Shown here piece after piece: positions 58,847 to 64,000 of a stretch of 64,000 nt of DNA. Each line of letters starts with the position of its first letter. The first letter of the stretch is position 1. A program made the position numbers and the translations under genes. Below the pieces are notes generated by a model that worked only from the letters and a program-made list of their open reading frames with translations, was not told where the DNA came from and did not search any database. Source of the DNA: the human T2T-CHM13v2.0 reference genome, Homo sapiens; NCBI RefSeq assembly GCF_009914755.1, contig NC_060940.1. The stretch is one strand, 5' to 3'.

Positions 58847-59503
58847 CCATCTTCAGGTGGAGCCTATGCCCCTTTGAAAGCTTTCTCTGAGATTCGGCCT
58901 GTATACAGTTGCAGACTGGGCTGAGTTTTAAAACGTTGCCAAGCTTGATAAGCAAACCCTGTCCAGCCGTCTGAGAGCCTCCCCTTGCCATCTTGGCAGC
59001 CTCTGCTCCAGCTGGGGACTCGTCCCATGATTCAAAAATGAAAGGTTCATGCTTGGTTCAGTAGGGTGTGTCCAAGGGGCCCTGCAGGACAGGACAGCGC
59101 TGGCGGGTCCACCCTTGCTGGTTGGTGCCTGTGCTATAGTGGCTGTGGAGCATTTGGGATCTCTTCCCTGGCAGATGTGAAGAGGAAAGTGAAAGTAGAT
59201 GTGAAGTGCTCAGCACAGCCGCTGGTGTATGGGGAGCCTTCCTAAGTGTCAGCGATCACGGTTGCTGTCTGCAACATAAAGTGGTCTGCTTGCCAGCACC
59301 ACATCCTTCTGACTTGGCTTTGCCCTCTGTGCGCAACTGCGTGCGTGGTTCCCTAAATGATGTGAGGTGATGTGAAAACTCTACCTGTCCCCAAATACCT
59401 CCCTCACGGAGCTGCCCCCATGCCTGAATCCCGCCATTCCCGCCGTTCTCTTGGAGCAGGGCGCTGGCTCCCAGAGGCTCCTATTGAAGCTCAGGTATGA
59501 ATC

Positions 59504-59984
59504 TGAGGTAGGAGGTAGGAGGTGGGACTCGACTGTGGAGGCGGGGCTTGGACACTGAACCAGACTGAGGACTGGCTAAAACAGGGTGGGGTGGAAGCAG
59601 CTCTCCATAAGCCACGCCCATCAGTGTGCCCAGTCAGTGGGCGTGGGCGTTACCACTCCTTTCCACGGAAATGACTCCGACGACCCAGATGTTACTACCT
59701 TTTCCCTAGAAATTTCTGCATAAACCGCCCCTGCATCTGCATGCAATTAAAAGTAGGTATCAATATGACTGCCGGACTGCCGGGAGCTGCTGCTCTCAGC
59801 ACACTGCCTAAGGGTTAGCCCAGCTCTGCGGGAGCAGCCACGGAGCTGTCGCGCTGCCTGAGCTGCAATGGTGCCGCTTCAGTCAAGCTGTTTTCTTCCA
59901 CCACCAGCCCACCCTTGAATTCTTTCCTGGGTGAAGCAAAAGCCCTGGTTAAGCCCCAATCTGGGGTTCGCCCACCCTGCATCA
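59504..59984 (+). mobile_element. ERV1-class solo LTR (MER66-like)
   Basis: TG...CA ends (tgaggtagg...ccctgcatca) with 4-bp TSD AATC at 59500-59503 and 59985-59988; subfamily from memory. Confidence 0.85.
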
Positions 59985-60184
59985 AATCCATAGAAGCTCG
60001 AGGGAGCAGGCATTGGACTAGAAGTTCTACTGGCCAAGGGGCAGCTGGAGCTGTGTCAGTGGGTCCCTGGAGCACTGGGGAGGACTCAAGCCTGGGTGCA
60101 TGTAGCAGGGACACCTGGGGTTCTGCTGCACCCCAAAGGGGCGGCATTAACTGAAGGAGAATCTTGCTCTCAACAGAGGGCAGG

Positions 60185-60632
60185 TGTGGCAGACACCATT
60201 TGCTGGCCACCCAACACCATCCCTCGTCTTCCTCCAGGCTCCTTGCATCCTCTCAGTTTCCTGCCATAAAGACTGCAGGTCAAACAAGGGCCTCCCCAGC
60301 CCCACTTGCAGTCACAAGTGGCTGCATGAGCTGATGCTGGCTCATAACACAAGGCAGAAGTCTTCTGGAGGAACTTCTGGGAAGCTTTGTGTTCTTTATA
60401 AAACATCACCCCCATCCTTCTTATCTTGATGTGGATGTGATGTCTGGAGCTGCAGCAGTCACCTTGTGCCATGAGGAATGGCCAAGAAAGCAGCAGAGAC
60501 GTGGACTCTGTTGTTAACCTGCTGAACCACTGGCCATGACTTTGGCACATGTGAGAAGATAAACCTGATTTTTAAAGCCATTGTGGCTGGGTTGTCTATT
60601 ATGTTCAGCCAAACACACTCCTAATGGATACA
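60185..60632 (+). mobile_element. MLT1 (J/K-like) LTR
   Basis: tgtggcagaca...gatgtctggagctgcagcagtcaccttgtgccatgagg...cagccaaacacactcctaatggataca. Confidence 0.7.
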
Positions 60633-61081
60633 GCTGGTTAAATAAGTGATGAGTTATCCATACAGTGGAATACAGCAGAGCCATGAAAGAGGGTGATATT
60701 GCTGTATGTTTTTAATACCATGAAAAAGTTATGATGACATGTTAAGTGGGGAAAAAACAAGTTCCAAAAGAGCATTTCTATAAATCCATTCTCTACTTAT
60801 AAGAACACACACATCCATACTCACACTTATGTTTGTGATTTTCTATTTGTTAAGAAAGAGAATCTGCAAGTGTAAACATCAACATTTTATGTGTGGTGGG
60901 ATCTAAAGACCTCTTTTATTTTGTTCTCTGGTATTCTGGGCTTTCTGAATTCCCTGAAATGCATGTGTACTACTTTTGTAATCAGAAAACACCAAAGCTG
61001 TGAGGAACACAGTGGGGAAGAGGTGTTTCGAGGGTGAAGGAACCACCGAGAGCAAGCTGGTCTCACTCCCAGATAGGCTGA

Positions 61082-61471
<390 letters not shown>

Positions 61472-62605
61472 TAAAGGGCCAGCCTGTGCACCCTTCGGAG
61501 CCCCCATCAGATGGGAGCTGCTAGGTCATTGTGGCACCAATGGCTGGTGCCGTCTTAAGGACTGGACATCTTCCTTCCTCTTTCCCTTTCTCCTACCCTT
61601 CCATCTCTTCTTTATTTCTTCTTCCATCTCTCTCTGCTTTTTCCTCTTCCTCCTTCCATCCCTGCCCCACACCCCTCACAGCCTTCCTGAGAACCAGCTG
61701 CGAAGCCCTTAATCTGCAGCCGGAGGACACAGACCAGGTCCTGCCCCACGGAGCTCCGAGCCTGGGAGGAGTCACTGAGCACGGTGACCCTATGTGGTGT
61801 GTAGACGGAGGGCACAGGATCCACGCGATGCAGAACAGACCAGGCCTTGAGTTTGTAAAGGGTCTGGCCACTGGCGCTGGCGTCCACCATCATCTCAGAG
61901 CCTCTCTGCGGCAAGCATGGACTAGCAACAGGGCTGTTAACCTTTTCCCTGTGACCCAAACCCCAGCACGGTCTGCTTGAGTGTGTGTCTTCCTGCCTTG
62001 CTGCTGGGACCGGTGCTCTGGTCTGATTCTCTCATTTACTCAGGAGGGGGTCTCTGTGGGATGTTCCCCTCTTCTTCTGGGCTCCGTTCTCTTGTCACTG
62101 AATCCTCTGTCACCAAGGGCCTCAGGAACTTTGTCCAAATCTCGCCACCTCTGGCTTCTGCTCCCTTGCCGCCGGGCTGGGCCCTGCCCACCTGCTGGAG
62201 CTCCGGCCCCTGACGGCCACCTGCTGCCTGCTGCAGTGCACTCCAGAGCAGCACCACATCACCAAACGCCCCCAGCCTTGAGGCTCCTCCCGTCGCCAGG
62301 CCCCACAGCCCATCCCAGGGTTCCGTTTTCTCCATCTCATCTCCAGCTCCCAGTGCCAGCAGGCCCAGTTCTTCCTCCTTCAACCATGCTAGTGCTGGGA
62401 TTGACATTTGTATGTTACTCCTTTAGGCCCCCATGCTAATCAAGCAAAGGAAGAAATCAAGTCACAGAGCATCCAAATTGTCCAAATCCCCCTTCCCAGT
62501 AAATCCTTTCATCATGACCACCTGGAGCCTGGGCACCTTAAAAGTCACTCAGGCAGCCAGCTTCCATCAACTCCAGAGGAGATGTTTGATCAAAACAGAA
62601 AACTA

Positions 62606-63063
62606 GGCTGGGCGTGGTGGTTCATGCCTATAACGCCAGCGCTTTGGGAGGCCAGCCAACACGGGAGAATTGCTTGAGGCCAGGAGTTCAAGACCAGCCT
62701 GGGCAACACACTGAAACCTGGTCTCTACAAAACATAGACAAAATTAGCTAGACGTGGTGGCGTGTGCCTGTAGTCCCTGCTACTTGGGAGGCTGAAGTGG
62801 GAGGACTGCTGGAGCCCAGGAGGTCAAGGCTGCAGTGAGCTATGATTGGGCCACTGTAGTCCAGCCTGGGCAACAGAGCAAGACGCTGTCTCAAAAAAAG
62901 AAAAGAAAAGAGAGAGAGAGAGAGAAAGAGAGAAAGTAAGGAAGGAAGGAAAGAGAGAGAAAGAAAGAAAGGAAAGAAAGAAAGAAGAAAGAGAGAAAGA
63001 GAGAAAGAGAGAAAGAGAGAAAGAAAGAAAGAGAGAAAGAAAGAAAGAAAGAAAGAAAAAGAA
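62606..63063 (+). mobile_element. AluJ whose tail has expanded into a ~170-bp GA/GAAA tract (62893-63063)
   Basis: AluJ body; TSD agaaaacta at 62597-62605 and 63064-63072 encloses both Alu and purine tract. Confidence 0.92.
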
Positions 63064-64000
63064 AGAAAACTACGTGGTATCCGGAAAGGTCTGGGGTTGA
63101 TCTGAAGCCCAAGAGGTGGGCACTGAGGACATGTGGAGGGAGGAGCTCCCCTCCTCATGGAGAGAGCTGGCCTTGGTGCCCTTCATGTCATCTCAGCTCA
63201 AGGGTCACAGAGGCTCAGGGCAGAAAGGCCACTTGTGGTTTTCTCTGTCACCAACAGATACTGAAAGGACTAATGATACGGTTTAGTTCTAGGTCATTTA
63301 GAAATTGGTGACATCGGCAGAAAACAGACGGTTGGGGTGTTGGGGCTCAGGTCCAGGCGGGGTGGGTGGATGGGCCTCAGTTGTTAGTGGTGAACCATGA
63401 TTGGGCTGCCAGGGAGGGCTATTTCTGGGGCTCGCCCACCAGAGGGGAGCTGGTGGCGTCGCTGGCCTGCTTTGTGTGCGGAGCGCCACTCAATGCGAAT
63501 CTGGGAATGGAAACTTGGGGAGAGACAGTGGGACTCACATTTAAACTCAGATTTCAGAAGAAACTCCAGACGCAGACCCAGGGCCTCCCTGCGACATCTG
63601 AGGCCTCACTTGGGAAGTCAGTAAATGGGGAGGCCGTGGCTGGTTAACAAGCAGCCTTCATGGATAAATGAACATACTGGATAGGCTGACTAATGCCTAC
63701 TCTCTGCACCTGACGCCACGTTCTGTGAGCACAGAGGGAATGGAGAGAAGGGTCCCGGAAGGAAGGGCTGCTGGGTGGACCTGAGCCATTTCCTTCGCTC
63801 CTCCTGTGGGACATGTGGTGGTCTTCATCTGCACTCCCTGTGCCTCGAAGCACCTCTCTGCTCATTGCCCTAATAGGAGCTGCATCTATTCTCAGACCTG
63901 GACTCTCCCAGCAGGGATGTCTTTCTGGGGTGATGGAATGTTATAGAACTGCAGAGTCCCATACAGTTGCTGCTGGCCACTTGCGGCTCTTAGAGCACTT

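Overview
Primate, almost certainly human, genomic DNA from the 16q24.1 forkhead cluster. It carries two intronless + strand forkhead genes in CpG islands: FOXC2 (CDS 7653-9158, 501 aa) and FOXL1 (CDS 19035-20072, 345 aa). It also carries the two-exon antisense lncRNA FOXC2-AS1, whose splice sites and poly(A) signal can be read on the - strand. The remaining ~40 kb is gene-free: Alu, MIR, L1, LTR and DNA-transposon relics, long simple repeats and several motif-dense, repeat-free blocks that look like enhancers. The other ORFs in the track are best explained as GC-rich shadow frames, Alu-derived frames or simple-repeat artefacts. I found no wholly new gene system. The best leads are a 122-nt forkhead block with no synonymous differences between FOXC2 and FOXL1 that coincides with FOXC2-AS1 exon 1, a GLI-site cluster in the FOXL1 3'UTR, a uORF in each gene's leader, and a candidate spliced upstream FOXL1 promoter. 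Repeat subfamily names come from remembered consensus sequences, and boundaries without a TSD are approximate.
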